This document shows, one piece after another, positions 21,714 through 31,466 of a DNA stretch of 64,000 bases. The position numbers were made by a program, and so were the translations under genes. This stretch comes from an uncultured bacterium (lineage in GTDB: Bacteria > Patescibacteriota > Minisyncoccia > Phycocordibacterales > UBA6065): NCBI GenBank assembly GCA_963841935.1, contig CAWJEP010000001.1:141302-205301 (forward strand). Direction: 5' to 3'. Position 1 is the first letter of the stretch, and each line of letters starts with the position of its first letter. Below the pieces are notes generated by a model. That model saw only the letters and a list, made by a program, of their open reading frames with translations, was not told the DNA's origin and made no database searches.

Positions 21714-22286
21714 ATGGTCAATTTTCTCAATGTAGAATATTTATTTCTTTGGATATATGACGTGGCAAAATCGTTTGACCCCGCCGCTATCATCAATTGG
21801 ATTACCGAATATGTTTTGATGCCGATTCGCCCTTATGCCGCGGCCATCACCGTCCTAATGATTGTCTGGATTGTATATTCGACGATTCGCATCGGCCAGA
21901 TTACGGAAGAAGAACACGAGCTTTACGGCGTTCCGAAAAAAGATACCGCGCCGTCCGCGGCCCAAACGGACCTTTCGGAAAAATGGGCCGAGGTGGAAAA
22001 AAATATAAACTCCAAAAATCCTTCGGACTGGCGTGTTGCCATCGTCGACGCCGATATCATGCTCGGCACCATTCTCGCTCGCCACGGATACCCCGGAGAG
22101 ACGATAGGTGATCAACTGAAAGCTGTGGACAAAGACGACATGCTCACGCTTCAAGACGCTTGGGCCGCGCATGCCGTGCGAAACAACATTGCTCACGGCG
22201 GCACGGATTTTCAAATAAACGAGCGCGAAGCCAAAGCCACTATAGCTCTATACAAAAAAGTTTTTCAGGAGTTTTATCATATTTAG
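21714..22286 (+). CDS. Hypothetical membrane protein
   Basis: Two N-terminal TM helices; no recognised motif. Confidence 0.4.
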   Translation: MVNFLNVEYLFLWIYDVAKSFDPAAIINWITEYVLMPIRPYAAAITVLMIVWIVYSTIRIGQITEEEHELYGVPKKDTAPSAAQTDLSEKWAEVEKNINSKNPSDWRVAIVDADIMLGTILARHGYPGETIGDQLKAVDKDDMLTLQDAWAAHAVRNNIAHGGTDFQINEREAKATIALYKKVFQEFYHI

Positions 22287-22332
22287 CGAGCGGTTTGCCG
22301 TAGGTATTTTTTTGCGGTATAGTACGCTTCAT

Positions 22333-22403
22333 AGCGGGGTTGAGTAACGGTAGCTCGTCAGGCTCATAACCTGAAGGCCTTGGTTCGAATCCGAGCCCCG
22401 CAA
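22333..22403 (+). tRNA. Initiator tRNA-fMet (CAU)
   Basis: Cloverleaf nearly identical to E. coli tRNA-fMet (D-arm GAGU/GCUC, anticodon stem UCAGG-CUCAUAA-CCUGA); 1:72 unpaired (A:A). Confidence 0.8.
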
Positions 22404-22418
22404 TAATTTTTCTATTTG

Positions 22419-22491
22419 TGTCGGGGGTGGGGATCGAACCCACGACCCCAGGCTTATGAGTCCTGTGCTCTACCGACTGAGCTACCCCGAC
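22419..22491 (-). tRNA. tRNA-Met(CAU), elongator or lysidine-type Ile2
   Basis: GUCGGGG acceptor, CAU anticodon in CUCAUAA loop, TTCGATC T-loop. Confidence 0.75.
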
Positions 22492-22493
22492 AG

Positions 22494-22566
22494 AGCCACC
22501 TCCCAGATTTGCACTGGGGACCTCCGCTTTACGAAAGCGTTGCTCTACTAGCTGAGCTAAGGTGGC
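22494..22566 (-). tRNA. tRNA-Thr(CGU)
   Basis: Acceptor GCCACCT/AGGTGGC, anticodon loop TTCGTAA; T-loop reads TGCAAAT (G at position 55). Confidence 0.75.
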
Positions 22567-22592
22567 ACGTTTGTTTTTTAAAGAACTAGCGG

Positions 22593-22665
22593 AGCCGACG
22601 TCCGGGATCGAACCGGAGACCTCGTCATTACCAATGACGTGCTCTACCAACTGAGCTACATCGGC
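22593..22665 (-). tRNA. tRNA-Thr(GGU)
   Basis: Acceptor GCCGATG, anticodon loop TTGGTAA, canonical TTCGATC T-loop. Confidence 0.8.
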
Positions 22666-22691
22666 TTGTATTTTTAATTTTTTTCGACCTG

Positions 22692-22765
22692 CGCGCCCGG
22701 CCGGATTCGCACCGGTGACCTCTCCCGTGACAGGGGAGCGCTCTAACTAGCTGAGCTACGGGCGC
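22692..22765 (-). tRNA. tRNA-Asp(GUC)
   Basis: Acceptor GCGCCCG/CGGGCGC, anticodon loop CTGTCAC, discriminator G; T-loop TGCGAAT (G55). Confidence 0.75.
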
Positions 22766-22855
22766 ATACGAATTTGTCACTCGTCAAGAAAATGTAACAA
22801 AATAAAGGTCTTTCGGCAATCTGCCTCGTCGGCAGACGGGTGCTATACTTTTTTA

Positions 22856-23725
22856 ATGAACAAAAAAGAGAAGCGAACATCCGAACTCGAAACTGCAATG
22901 TCAGAAGCGGATTTTTGGAATGATAAAGAAAAAGCCCAGACCATTCTCAAAGAACATATAGCTCTTAAGCAAGAAATCGCCGAAGCGGCGAAATTCGAAA
23001 AAGGCAACGCCATTGTCACGATTTTTTCCGGCGCCGGAGGCGACGACGCCGAGGATTTCTCCAGAATGCTTCTAGAAATGTATATGAAATACAGCGCGAA
23101 GCGGGGTTGGGGCATTTCTTTCATTCACGAAAACAAAAATGACACGGGCGGATATCGCAACGTGACTTTCGAACTCGAAGGCAAAGGCGCTTACGGTATT
23201 TTGAAGAATGAATCCGGTGTTCATCGTCTCGTGCGCATTTCGCCTTTCAACGCCGACAAGAAACGCCACACATCTTTTTCTCTCGTCGAGGTTTTGCCGA
23301 AGTTCGAGAAATCTGTAAATACGCCGATTCCGTCTGAAGAAATTAAAATAGAATTTGCCAAAGCTGGCGGTCCAGGCGGACAAAACGTAAACAAAAGGGA
23401 GACCGCCGTGCGACTCATCCACATTCCGACGAAGATCTCCGTGCATGTTTCAAGCGAACGCAGTCAGGCGCAAAACAGGGAAAAGGCCATGGAAATCCTA
23501 CAAGCGAAACTTTACAAAATGCGTGAGGACGAAAAATTGGCGAAAGAGAGGGGTATGCAAATTTCCAAAACGACGGACATAGAATGGGGCAACCAAATCC
23601 GTTCATATGTCCTTCATCCATACAAAATGGTCAAAGATCACAGGACAGACGCCGAAACGGCTCAAGTGGATAAGGTCCTTGGCGGCGACATAGACATTTT
23701 TATAGAAGCCGAAAAGAATTTGTAA
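22856..23725 (+). CDS. prfB: Peptide chain release factor 2 (compact, no programmed frameshift site)
   Basis: SPF tripeptide (RISPFNADKK) and GGQ (AGGPGGQNVNK); aligns to E. coli RF2 from about residue 30; no upstream CUU-UGA-C element. Confidence 0.8.
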   Translation: MNKKEKRTSELETAMSEADFWNDKEKAQTILKEHIALKQEIAEAAKFEKGNAIVTIFSGAGGDDAEDFSRMLLEMYMKYSAKRGWGISFIHENKNDTGGYRNVTFELEGKGAYGILKNESGVHRLVRISPFNADKKRHTSFSLVEVLPKFEKSVNTPIPSEEIKIEFAKAGGPGGQNVNKRETAVRLIHIPTKISVHVSSERSQAQNREKAMEILQAKLYKMREDEKLAKERGMQISKTTDIEWGNQIRSYVLHPYKMVKDHRTDAETAQVDKVLGGDIDIFIEAEKNL

Positions 23726-23946
23726 ATTAATATTCATTGGAGTAGAGTGCGTTTAAATGAATACCAGGATACTGACTTTCCTACGCTCTTTGGGTCACGT
23801 AAACAGGAATGTAAAAGACAACTGCGTCATTTACGCTTTGAATACCAGGAGGTTTTCTTTGGTACTCTATGTCTTTCGCTTTCGAAAGGGACTCAAGTGA
23901 GTCTCTTTTTTTATGGGTGATAAGTGGGATATAATGAATCGACGTT

Positions 23947-24627
23947 ATGATTAAATTCGACAAGGTTTCCAAGATCTACGGCGACGACAGCGTCGCTCTC
24001 GACGAAGTCACGCTTACCATAAAGCCCAAAGAATTCGTCTCCGTCGTGGGACACAGCGGCGCGGGCAAGACGACGCTTGTCAAAATGATTCTGGCGGAAG
24101 AAAAGCCCTCGCGCGGCTCCGTTTTTTTCGAATCGCAAGACGTTCACGCCATGAAGAAGCGCGATATTCCGAAATACCGCCGCCGCATAGGGACGGTCTT
24201 TCAGGATTTCCGCCTGATTCCGAACAAGACGGTTTTTGAAAACATCGCTTTTGCTATGGAGGCGGCGGAGCGTCCGGATGAAGACATCGAGGCCGATGTG
24301 CCGCACGTTCTCGAACTTGTCGATTTGATGCCGAAAATCTGGAGTTTTCCATCCGAACTTTCCGGCGGCGAGGCCCAACGTGTGGCAATCGCCCGCGCCA
24401 TCGTCAATCAGCCCGATGTCATCATCGCGGATGAGCCGACGGGAAACCTCGACCCGATAAACACCAACGACATCATTCAGATTTTGAAAAAAATAAACGA
24501 CCTTGGTACGACCGTCATTCTCACCACGCACAATAGGGGCGTCATTGACTCCGTTGGTGGTCGCGTCATTACCATGGACAAAGGCAAAATCATTCGCGAC
24601 GACAAGCAGGGAATGTATTCCCTCTAA
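23947..24627 (+). CDS. ftsE: Cell-division ABC ATPase FtsE
   Basis: Walker A GHSGAGKTT, signature [14 protein letters not shown], Walker [12 protein letters not shown]. Confidence 0.85.
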   Translation: MIKFDKVSKIYGDDSVALDEVTLTIKPKEFVSVVGHSGAGKTTLVKMILAEEKPSRGSVFFESQDVHAMKKRDIPKYRRRIGTVFQDFRLIPNKTVFENIAFAMEAAERPDEDIEADVPHVLELVDLMPKIWSFPSELSGGEAQRVAIARAIVNQPDVIIADEPTGNLDPINTNDIIQILKKINDLGTTVILTTHNRGVIDSVGGRVITMDKGKIIRDDKQGMYSL

Positions 24628-24631
24628 ATTT

Positions 24632-25555
24632 ATGTTTTGGACAAACACAAAAAGAATAATGCGCGCCGGTTTCGTGGATTTTTGGCGAAACGGTTTTGTC
24701 TCGCTTTCGGCGGTGTTAATTATGACCGTCACTCTGCTTGTTGTCGGCGGTCTTTTGTTTTCGGACGCGCTTTTGTCCACGACGCTTCAAATAGTTGAAA
24801 GCAAGATAGACGTCAGCGTGTATTTCGTCCCGACCGCCAGCGATTCCGATATCGTCGCTCTACAGGCGAAGCTTCAGGCTTTGCCTGAAGTCGCTTCCGT
24901 TCAATATGTTTCCGCTTCAGACACTTTGGTGGATTTCACGGCGAGGAATCAAAACGACCAGACGACACTCGCCGCGCTTGATGAAGTTGGCGGCAATCCT
25001 TTCGGCGCGTCTTTGGCCATTACCGCCAAAGACCCTTCCCAATACGAAGACATCGCCAACTTTTTGGATGACGAGAGCGCCAGTCCCTCGGGCCAAAGCA
25101 TCGTAGAAAAAGTAAATTATCTGGAAAATAAAACCGCCATAGATACCATAAACACCGTCATTGTCGGCAGCCGCGAAATCGGCCTCTCTCTCATTTTTGC
25201 CTTGGCCTTTATTTCCATAATAATTATTTTCAACACCATCCGTCTGGCCATATACATCGCCAAAGATGAAATAGCCGTGATGCGTCTCGTCGGCGCGTCA
25301 AACAGATACGTGAGGGGACCGTTTATAATTTCCGGAGCAATGTATGGTCTTGTCGCCGGCATCATCACTCTAATTCTTCTCTATCCCATGACCCTGTGGC
25401 TTTCGTCCGTGACCGCGACATTTTTCAGCGGGTGGAGTCCTTTTGGGTATTATGTTTCCGATTTCACCCAGATTTTTCTCATCATCGTCGGTTCTGGAAT
25501 CGTTTTAGGCGCGTTTTCCAGTTTTCTCGCCGTCAGAAAATATCTCAAAGAATAA
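24632..25555 (+). CDS. ftsX: Cell-division permease-like protein FtsX
   Basis: Four TM segments plus extracellular domain; follows ftsE; start taken at internal ATG 24632. Confidence 0.75.
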   Translation: MFWTNTKRIMRAGFVDFWRNGFVSLSAVLIMTVTLLVVGGLLFSDALLSTTLQIVESKIDVSVYFVPTASDSDIVALQAKLQALPEVASVQYVSASDTLVDFTARNQNDQTTLAALDEVGGNPFGASLAITAKDPSQYEDIANFLDDESASPSGQSIVEKVNYLENKTAIDTINTVIVGSREIGLSLIFALAFISIIIIFNTIRLAIYIAKDEIAVMRLVGASNRYVRGPFIISGAMYGLVAGIITLILLYPMTLWLSSVTATFFSGWSPFGYYVSDFTQIFLIIVGSGIVLGAFSSFLAVRKYLKE

Positions 25556-25558
25556 AAA

Positions 25559-26410
25559 ATGATTTCGTATATTCAAGCTATCGTCCTAGGAGCGCTTCAA
25601 GGAGTTACCGAACTTTTTCCGGTTTCGAGCCTCGGCCATTCGGTCATCATTCCGTCGCTTTTGGGCTGGAACATTGATCAAAATGCCGACCCGTTTGTGG
25701 TTTTTCTCGTGGCGACTCATTTCGCCACCGCTTTAGTCCTTCTCGGTTTCTTCTGGAAAGATTGGGTGAAAATTTTCCAGGGATTCGTCCGCTCGATTGT
25801 TTTTCGGAAAATTAAAGACGATGCCTACGCCAAGCTCGCTTGGCTCGTTATAGTCGCCACGATTCCGGCGGGACTTTTAGGACTTATTTTTGAAAAGAAA
25901 TTTGCGGCGCTTTTCGGCGCGCCGAAAAGCGCCGCTCTTTTTCTCATCGCAAACGGCGTTTTGCTTTTCGTAGCGGAAAAAATGCGCCGCGAACGCATCG
26001 TTTACGAAGAAAATATTTCGGCTGACGAAAAAGCTTCAAAAATGTCTTTCACAAAATCCTTCGGCGTCGGCTGCGTTCAGATTCTCGCTCTCATTCCGGG
26101 ATTTTCTCGGACCGGCGCGGCGCTTTCGGGCGGACTTTTCGGCGGCCTCGACCACGAAAGCGCCGCGCGTTTCGCTTTTCTTCTGGCAACGCCCATCATT
26201 TTTGCCGCCTCATTCCTGAAACTCCCAGCTCTCTTTCACGGCGGCTATCCGCGCGGCGCAACGTGCGTCGGCGCCCTTTTCGCCGCTTTAGGCGCTTATC
26301 TTTCCGTCAGATTTCTTACCAAGTATTTCAAAACAAAAACCCTAACGCCTTTCGCTTGGTATTGCGTAGCCGCGGGAAGCCTTTCGTTCGCGATTCTTTT
26401 TATTCGATAG
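25559..26410 (+). CDS. uppP: Undecaprenyl-diphosphatase
   Basis: MISYIQAIVLGALQGVTELFPVSSLGH N-terminus typical of UppP/BacA. Confidence 0.8.
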   Translation: MISYIQAIVLGALQGVTELFPVSSLGHSVIIPSLLGWNIDQNADPFVVFLVATHFATALVLLGFFWKDWVKIFQGFVRSIVFRKIKDDAYAKLAWLVIVATIPAGLLGLIFEKKFAALFGAPKSAALFLIANGVLLFVAEKMRRERIVYEENISADEKASKMSFTKSFGVGCVQILALIPGFSRTGAALSGGLFGGLDHESAARFAFLLATPIIFAASFLKLPALFHGGYPRGATCVGALFAALGAYLSVRFLTKYFKTKTLTPFAWYCVAAGSLSFAILFIR

Positions 26411-27601
26411 TTACGAGTGCCCGCCGATAAATGTCAGAGCCTTTCCTTTTTTGTCGCCTCTCCCGGTTCTGCCGATGCGATGAACATAATCGTCGTAGGT
26501 GGCGGGAATATCATAATTGATGACATGAGTAACATCGGCGATATCGAGTCCGCGAGCGGCGACATCAGTCGCCACGAGGACTTGGAGTTTGTCTTCCTTG
26601 AAGTTTTTAAGCGCGCGCTGGCGTTGCGAGTGATTTTTGTTACCGTGAATCGATTCGGCCTTGATACTTTTTGCTATGAGGTCGCGAGAAATCCTTTCGA
26701 CGCCGTGTTTCGTCCTGCCGAAAATCAAAACTTTGCTGAATTCCGCTTGAGCGAGGAGTTTGTGAAGCATGTCGCCTTTTGTTTCTCCGGATTTTATGTA
26801 GACGACATCTTGGTCCACATTTTTGGCAGTGTCTTGAGTCTTAACGGAAATTCTCACGGGGTCGCGGAGGAAGTCCTTGATGATTTTTTCGATGTCGGGC
26901 GAGAGCGTCGCCGAAAAGAAAAGCGTGTGGCGGTCTTTGGGCATTCCGTTCATTATCGAGCGCATATCGTTTATAAATCCCATATCGAGCATTCTGTCCG
27001 CTTCGTCGAGCACGACCGTTTTGAATTCTGAAAGCTTTATTAATTTGCGGTCGATCAGGTCTTTCAGTCGCCCCGGCGTGCCGATGATGAAGTTGTATTG
27101 AAATTTAAGTTCTTGGATTTGCTTGCCGATATGCATGCCGCCGACACAGCAGACGGAAAAGATTTTCATGCCCTTGGTAAACGATCGAAGCTCCTCGTCT
27201 ATTTGCATCGAGAGTTCTCTGGTAGGGGAAATGATGAGCACTTGTTCTTTCGGGCTCAATTTTACTTTGTTTATGAGCGGGATGAGAAATGCCGCGGTCT
27301 TTCCCGTACCGGTGTTGGCGATGCCGACGATGTCTTGGCCTTGGAGGATATGGGGAATGGCGCGGTCTTGGATAGGGGTGGGAATTCCGTAGCCCTTTTT
27401 AATTATTGACTCCTTGAGAGACGGTTCGATTTTAAAATCGGAAAACGCGTGCTCGGGTTTCCATTTTTCGACTTCTTCCGTGATCACGGCTTTACTTATG
27501 AATCGGGAAGAATCTATTCTCTCGCTAAAGCCTTTTCCTCGCGTCGCTCTACCGCGAAAATGCCCTCGCGCGGGCCTTCTGAATGGTTTATTGAATGTCA
27601 T
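26411..27601 (-). CDS. DEAD-box ATP-dependent RNA helicase
   Basis: Q motif, AxTGTGKT, DEAD (VVLDEADRM), SAT, HRIGRTGR; Arg/Gly-rich termini. Confidence 0.85.
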   Translation of the reverse strand: MTFNKPFRRPARGHFRGRATRGKGFSERIDSSRFISKAVITEEVEKWKPEHAFSDFKIEPSLKESIIKKGYGIPTPIQDRAIPHILQGQDIVGIANTGTGKTAAFLIPLINKVKLSPKEQVLIISPTRELSMQIDEELRSFTKGMKIFSVCCVGGMHIGKQIQELKFQYNFIIGTPGRLKDLIDRKLIKLSEFKTVVLDEADRMLDMGFINDMRSIMNGMPKDRHTLFFSATLSPDIEKIIKDFLRDPVRISVKTQDTAKNVDQDVVYIKSGETKGDMLHKLLAQAEFSKVLIFGRTKHGVERISRDLIAKSIKAESIHGNKNHSQRQRALKNFKEDKLQVLVATDVAARGLDIADVTHVINYDIPATYDDYVHRIGRTGRGDKKGKALTFIGGHS

Positions 27602-27671
27602 TAGTATTTGTAACTCTCAGCCTATTAGAGATGATAGTGTCTCTCGAATATATATCTAAAGTTGTTATTTG

Positions 27672-29117
27672 TCAACTACGCTTGGCCTCGAGTTTTTTTA
27701 TTATCTTTTTGCAAAAATCATAACCTTTGTAAAAAAACGGTTTTATCGGGATATCAATATTGCCTATGTAACAAATTTCGTCTCCGCCGAATTGGCGTTT
27801 GAAGATGGTCAGGGAAGGCCAAATTTTTTCGTCTATTCCGCCTATGTCGTAATAACGTATTCCGCGCCGTTTGGCCTCTTTCATTGCTGAGAAATGCAGG
27901 TACGTGTCGACTTTTGAGTTTAAGTATTCCGTGTGCGAAGCTCCGAAGAGATATGTTGCCGTGTTTCCGAAGAATACCACTACGTGCGCCGAAGCCGCTT
28001 TCTCGCGTTGATAGCCAAAGAAAATCCCGAGCGACATTTCCGCGGGATCATATTTGTTTTTTGGTCCGAGTATTTTACCGCCCAGAAGAAACTTTCGCAG
28101 ATAATCTTCGCTCGGATAGGCTTTTCCCCCATTGCTTCTCACTATCGTGTCATTAATCATGCCGAAGAATCGAGTTATATCCGTTTCCGAGATTTTTTCT
28201 TTTATTTCGAAAGTCACGCCTCTTTTTTCCGCTCGCTTGATATTTGACCGCGTGGAAGCGTGAAAATTCGACAGGATTTCTTCTTCCGTACCCGAAAGCG
28301 GCACCACGGTGTTTTTCGGAGGTTGAACGGAATAAGACGGCAGGGCGAAATCGTATTTTTCTATGTCCGCCGATACGCTTTTAATCGACGGCTCCGTTCT
28401 TAAAAAAATGAAGTAAGGTTTTTCTTTTTTTATCCATTCTTTGATTGCCTGGAGGATTTCAAAATGTTTCGATTCGTTTTCTACAACCTCCTTGTTTAAA
28501 AGCGGTCCGCGGGGCATATATCCGTACGAAAATCCAAAAGGCAGCTTGTACTCGGCTACCGCGAATACGGCCGCGACCTCCCCATTTTCTTTTATGGCGT
28601 AGCGTTTTACCCGTCGTCCGATATTTTTCTGAAATTCTCCCCACTCCCAAGTCTGGAGAAATGTCCCGACCGTTGATTGGTTTTTGAGCGCGAAATCGTT
28701 CCACGATTTTTTCCCGTTGTTCGCGAACTCCTCTATTTCGAAGCTTCGCCCGATTCCGCTATAGGACACGGCGTCGCCGATGTTTATGTTTTTTTCTTTG
28801 GCGAAACCGGCGTTTACTTCGAGTACGCAGTCGGCTTTTTTCTTCGGCCTGTAAAATTTCGGATTGGATGGATTGAAGTCGTTTGAAACATTTTCATTTA
28901 TGTCCACGATCCTCCCGCCGTCTATCCATATTATGTCTATAGGGAAGAGCATGCCTTTCATCCAGAACCTGTATCGTTTGGGCTTAGGAAAAATAAAAAG
29001 CATGCCGCGCTCGGTCGCCAAAGAGTCCCTTTCCGAAAGGCCTTTCTTTATACTCTCGCTGTCTTTCGCGATAGAAACGGGAACAACAGTTTTTCCGATG
29101 CGTACTCTTGGCTTCAT
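27672..29117 (-). CDS. DUF192-domain / FemAB-family aminoacyltransferase fusion protein
   Basis: N-terminal MLFIFPKPKRYRFWMKGMLFPIDIIWID (DUF192-like) then ~330 aa with FemAB-like architecture. Start taken at MKPRV (29117); ORF is open to 29252. Confidence 0.55.
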   Translation of the reverse strand: MKPRVRIGKTVVPVSIAKDSESIKKGLSERDSLATERGMLFIFPKPKRYRFWMKGMLFPIDIIWIDGGRIVDINENVSNDFNPSNPKFYRPKKKADCVLEVNAGFAKEKNINIGDAVSYSGIGRSFEIEEFANNGKKSWNDFALKNQSTVGTFLQTWEWGEFQKNIGRRVKRYAIKENGEVAAVFAVAEYKLPFGFSYGYMPRGPLLNKEVVENESKHFEILQAIKEWIKKEKPYFIFLRTEPSIKSVSADIEKYDFALPSYSVQPPKNTVVPLSGTEEEILSNFHASTRSNIKRAEKRGVTFEIKEKISETDITRFFGMINDTIVRSNGGKAYPSEDYLRKFLLGGKILGPKNKYDPAEMSLGIFFGYQREKAASAHVVVFFGNTATYLFGASHTEYLNSKVDTYLHFSAMKEAKRRGIRYYDIGGIDEKIWPSLTIFKRQFGGDEICYIGNIDIPIKPFFYKGYDFCKKIIKKLEAKRS

Positions 29118-29166
29118 GTTCGGGTATGCCAAACATACGCTTTTGGAAGACTTTTTGGTTCGAAAT

Positions 29167-30288
29167 CTACTGATATTCCACGAAAATCGGCGCCGGTTTA
29201 AGCGAGAGCGTCTCCTTTGGCGTGAGAAGTCCGATACTCGGTGGCAGAGCATCGTTTTTGTAAAATAATTTTATTCCGCCGAATTGCACCGGTTCGTTTG
29301 TGACCACGAGGTTATAGACTTTGATTTTCTTGTCCGGCGAACTCCAGCCGTCCATATTCATGACGATTTGGACTTCAGGCAGCGGGGTGATTTTTTTGTA
29401 ATTCGTTACCATATCTTCGGTGAAACGATGGACTAGGAGAATTTTTGGCGGCAAATTATTTTCTTTGACTATTTTAGAAAGATAATCCGCGGCGTAATTT
29501 ATGTCCGCGGCGTCGAAAGTGCCGATGACGGTGCCGGGACGCGCCCCTGTTTTCATTGAAAACTCTGGGTCTATCGCCAGTTCGACTTCCGGCATTTTTA
29601 AATAAGCTTCCAGAAGCGGAATTTCCGTTTGGAGATTTGAGAGTCCGACTTGAATGTCCAAAAAAACTATCCCATGCATTTGGTCGGCAAGGGATATGGC
29701 TTCTTTTATTTGGTCATCGGGCATTCGCAAGCGATATTTGCCGTCTGGACCGGGGATGCCTTGGGCTGTCACGGCTATGTAGTCGAGAGCGGGAATTACC
29801 GGCGTCGTCGGGTCGGCGGCTTGCCACGTCGCCACCACACCTTCCAATTTTTGAATCATCTCTTGCGGCGGATATTGTCCGAGTATTCCCATTGCCGTCG
29901 AATCGAAGTTTCCATAATAGGCGACTATCCGACCGAAAGGCAGAATCGCTCCGGCGCTCGGATAGACCGTTTTTACCGGCCAAGGATTTTTCGGAGAGGA
30001 AATTGACGATGTCGTCGCCGTCCATGCGCTCGATGTCGCGAGAATCCCCGTATCGAATGTTGTCGTTCCGTAGTTTGCCAGTTCTACCATTTTTTGGTTA
30101 TAAGCGAAAAAGTCCAAAACGGGAACGGGCGGCGAGGAACTCGCCGCCGTGTCCGAGGTGTCGTATCTAAGAGTAAAAATATTTGTCTTGTCGACGGAAT
30201 AAAATCCGGCGCCGAGGACAATCGCCAAAAGGATTATGAGCAAGGAAGATTTCCTGAATTTTCTGCCGGTTTTTGGTTTTTTGCCCAT
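29167..30288 (-). CDS. Hypothetical membrane-anchored secreted protein (possible glycoside-hydrolase-like barrel)
   Basis: N-terminal TM anchor, 373 aa; no firm motif. Confidence 0.35.
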   Translation of the reverse strand: MGKKPKTGRKFRKSSLLIILLAIVLGAGFYSVDKTNIFTLRYDTSDTAASSSPPVPVLDFFAYNQKMVELANYGTTTFDTGILATSSAWTATTSSISSPKNPWPVKTVYPSAGAILPFGRIVAYYGNFDSTAMGILGQYPPQEMIQKLEGVVATWQAADPTTPVIPALDYIAVTAQGIPGPDGKYRLRMPDDQIKEAISLADQMHGIVFLDIQVGLSNLQTEIPLLEAYLKMPEVELAIDPEFSMKTGARPGTVIGTFDAADINYAADYLSKIVKENNLPPKILLVHRFTEDMVTNYKKITPLPEVQIVMNMDGWSSPDKKIKVYNLVVTNEPVQFGGIKLFYKNDALPPSIGLLTPKETLSLKPAPIFVEYQ

Positions 30289-30355
30289 TTATCCATCGAT
30301 TTTAACACACCGAGAAACAATTGTTTTTACTCAAATCAGAGAATACAATGATTTT

Positions 30356-31465
30356 ATGATAAGCGTCAGAACGTTTTGGGTGGTATTTTGGGTCGTCGTC
30401 ATATTAATCCTCGGTGGCCTTTATTTCGCCTTTACCAAAACATCCGGCGGGCAACTCTCGTATTCGGAGAAAATCACTTCCTCCGCTTCCGGTCCGGCAA
30501 GCACAGCTTCTTCATCGCCCGAACAAGTGCTTCTTAGCGACGGATATTACGTATCTCAAACTTTCAATAATTGCGGGCCGGCGGCGCTTTCCATGGACCT
30601 GTTTTTTTACGGTATAAACGTTAGCCAGCAAGTCCTGGCGGACGCCTTGCGTCCCGACCACAATACGACAGGCAAAAACGACGAGAAGTCCACCCAACCA
30701 TCGGACATCGCGACGCAGGCGCAAACTTACGGCCTCGTCGCGTATTACCGGCCGGCTGGGAACATCACTCTTTTGAAAAAACTTTTATCGGGCGGTTTTC
30801 CCGTAATGGTGCGCACGCTTTTTATGCCTACCGACCAAGTAGCGCACTATCGCGTCGTCATAGGATATGACGACGCGACAACGACGCCGACAATCACTGA
30901 TGAGGACGGATTTCAAGGACCGAAAGTGGTTTATTCTGACGCGGATTTTATGTCCCTGTGGAAATATTACGATTACGAATACATAGTTCTCGCGACGCCG
31001 GCCGAGCAATCGTCCGTCGAAAATATTTTGGGAGCCGATGTAGCCACGAGTACCGCTTGGCAAAACGCCAAACAAATCGCAGAAAACGATTTGAATCAAA
31101 ACGCTTCGGATACTTTAGCGACTTTCAATCTTTCCGTCGCGGATTATTATTTGGGAGACTACTTGGATTCCGTGAATTTATACGAATTCGTCGCGTCGCT
31201 TATTCCGCCGAACACTTTGTGGTATGAGCCGGAGCCAATATACGCGTATTACGAACTCGGAGACTATGACACCGTGTTTTCAATGACGGAAAATATTTTT
31301 TCTCACGACAATCCGGCTTATCCGGAACTTTACGTCATTCGCGGTGAAAGCGACCTCAAGGAAGGCAATGTTGCCGCGGCGAAAAATGAATTTGAAGCCG
31401 CTCTCAAATGGAATCCCAATCTAAAAAGCGCCAAAGACGCTCTCGCCGCTTTGGGAAGCAATTAA
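30356..31465 (+). CDS. Membrane-anchored C39-like papain-fold cysteine peptidase with C-terminal TPR repeats
   Basis: TM anchor, QTFNNCGPAALSMDL (Cys) ... VAHYRVVIGYDD (His), TPR-like AAKNEFEAALKWNPN. Confidence 0.55.
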   Translation: MISVRTFWVVFWVVVILILGGLYFAFTKTSGGQLSYSEKITSSASGPASTASSSPEQVLLSDGYYVSQTFNNCGPAALSMDLFFYGINVSQQVLADALRPDHNTTGKNDEKSTQPSDIATQAQTYGLVAYYRPAGNITLLKKLLSGGFPVMVRTLFMPTDQVAHYRVVIGYDDATTTPTITDEDGFQGPKVVYSDADFMSLWKYYDYEYIVLATPAEQSSVENILGADVATSTAWQNAKQIAENDLNQNASDTLATFNLSVADYYLGDYLDSVNLYEFVASLIPPNTLWYEPEPIYAYYELGDYDTVFSMTENIFSHDNPAYPELYVIRGESDLKEGNVAAAKNEFEAALKWNPNLKSAKDALAALGSN

Positions 31466-31466
31466 T

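Noticed and set aside
22240-22650. 136-aa minus-strand ORF
   Set aside because: Composed entirely of tRNA gene sequences (four tRNAs); artefact.
23911-24780. 289-aa minus-strand ORF
   Set aside because: Fully antisense to ftsE/ftsX, which have strong ABC motifs; no motifs of its own; typical shadow ORF.
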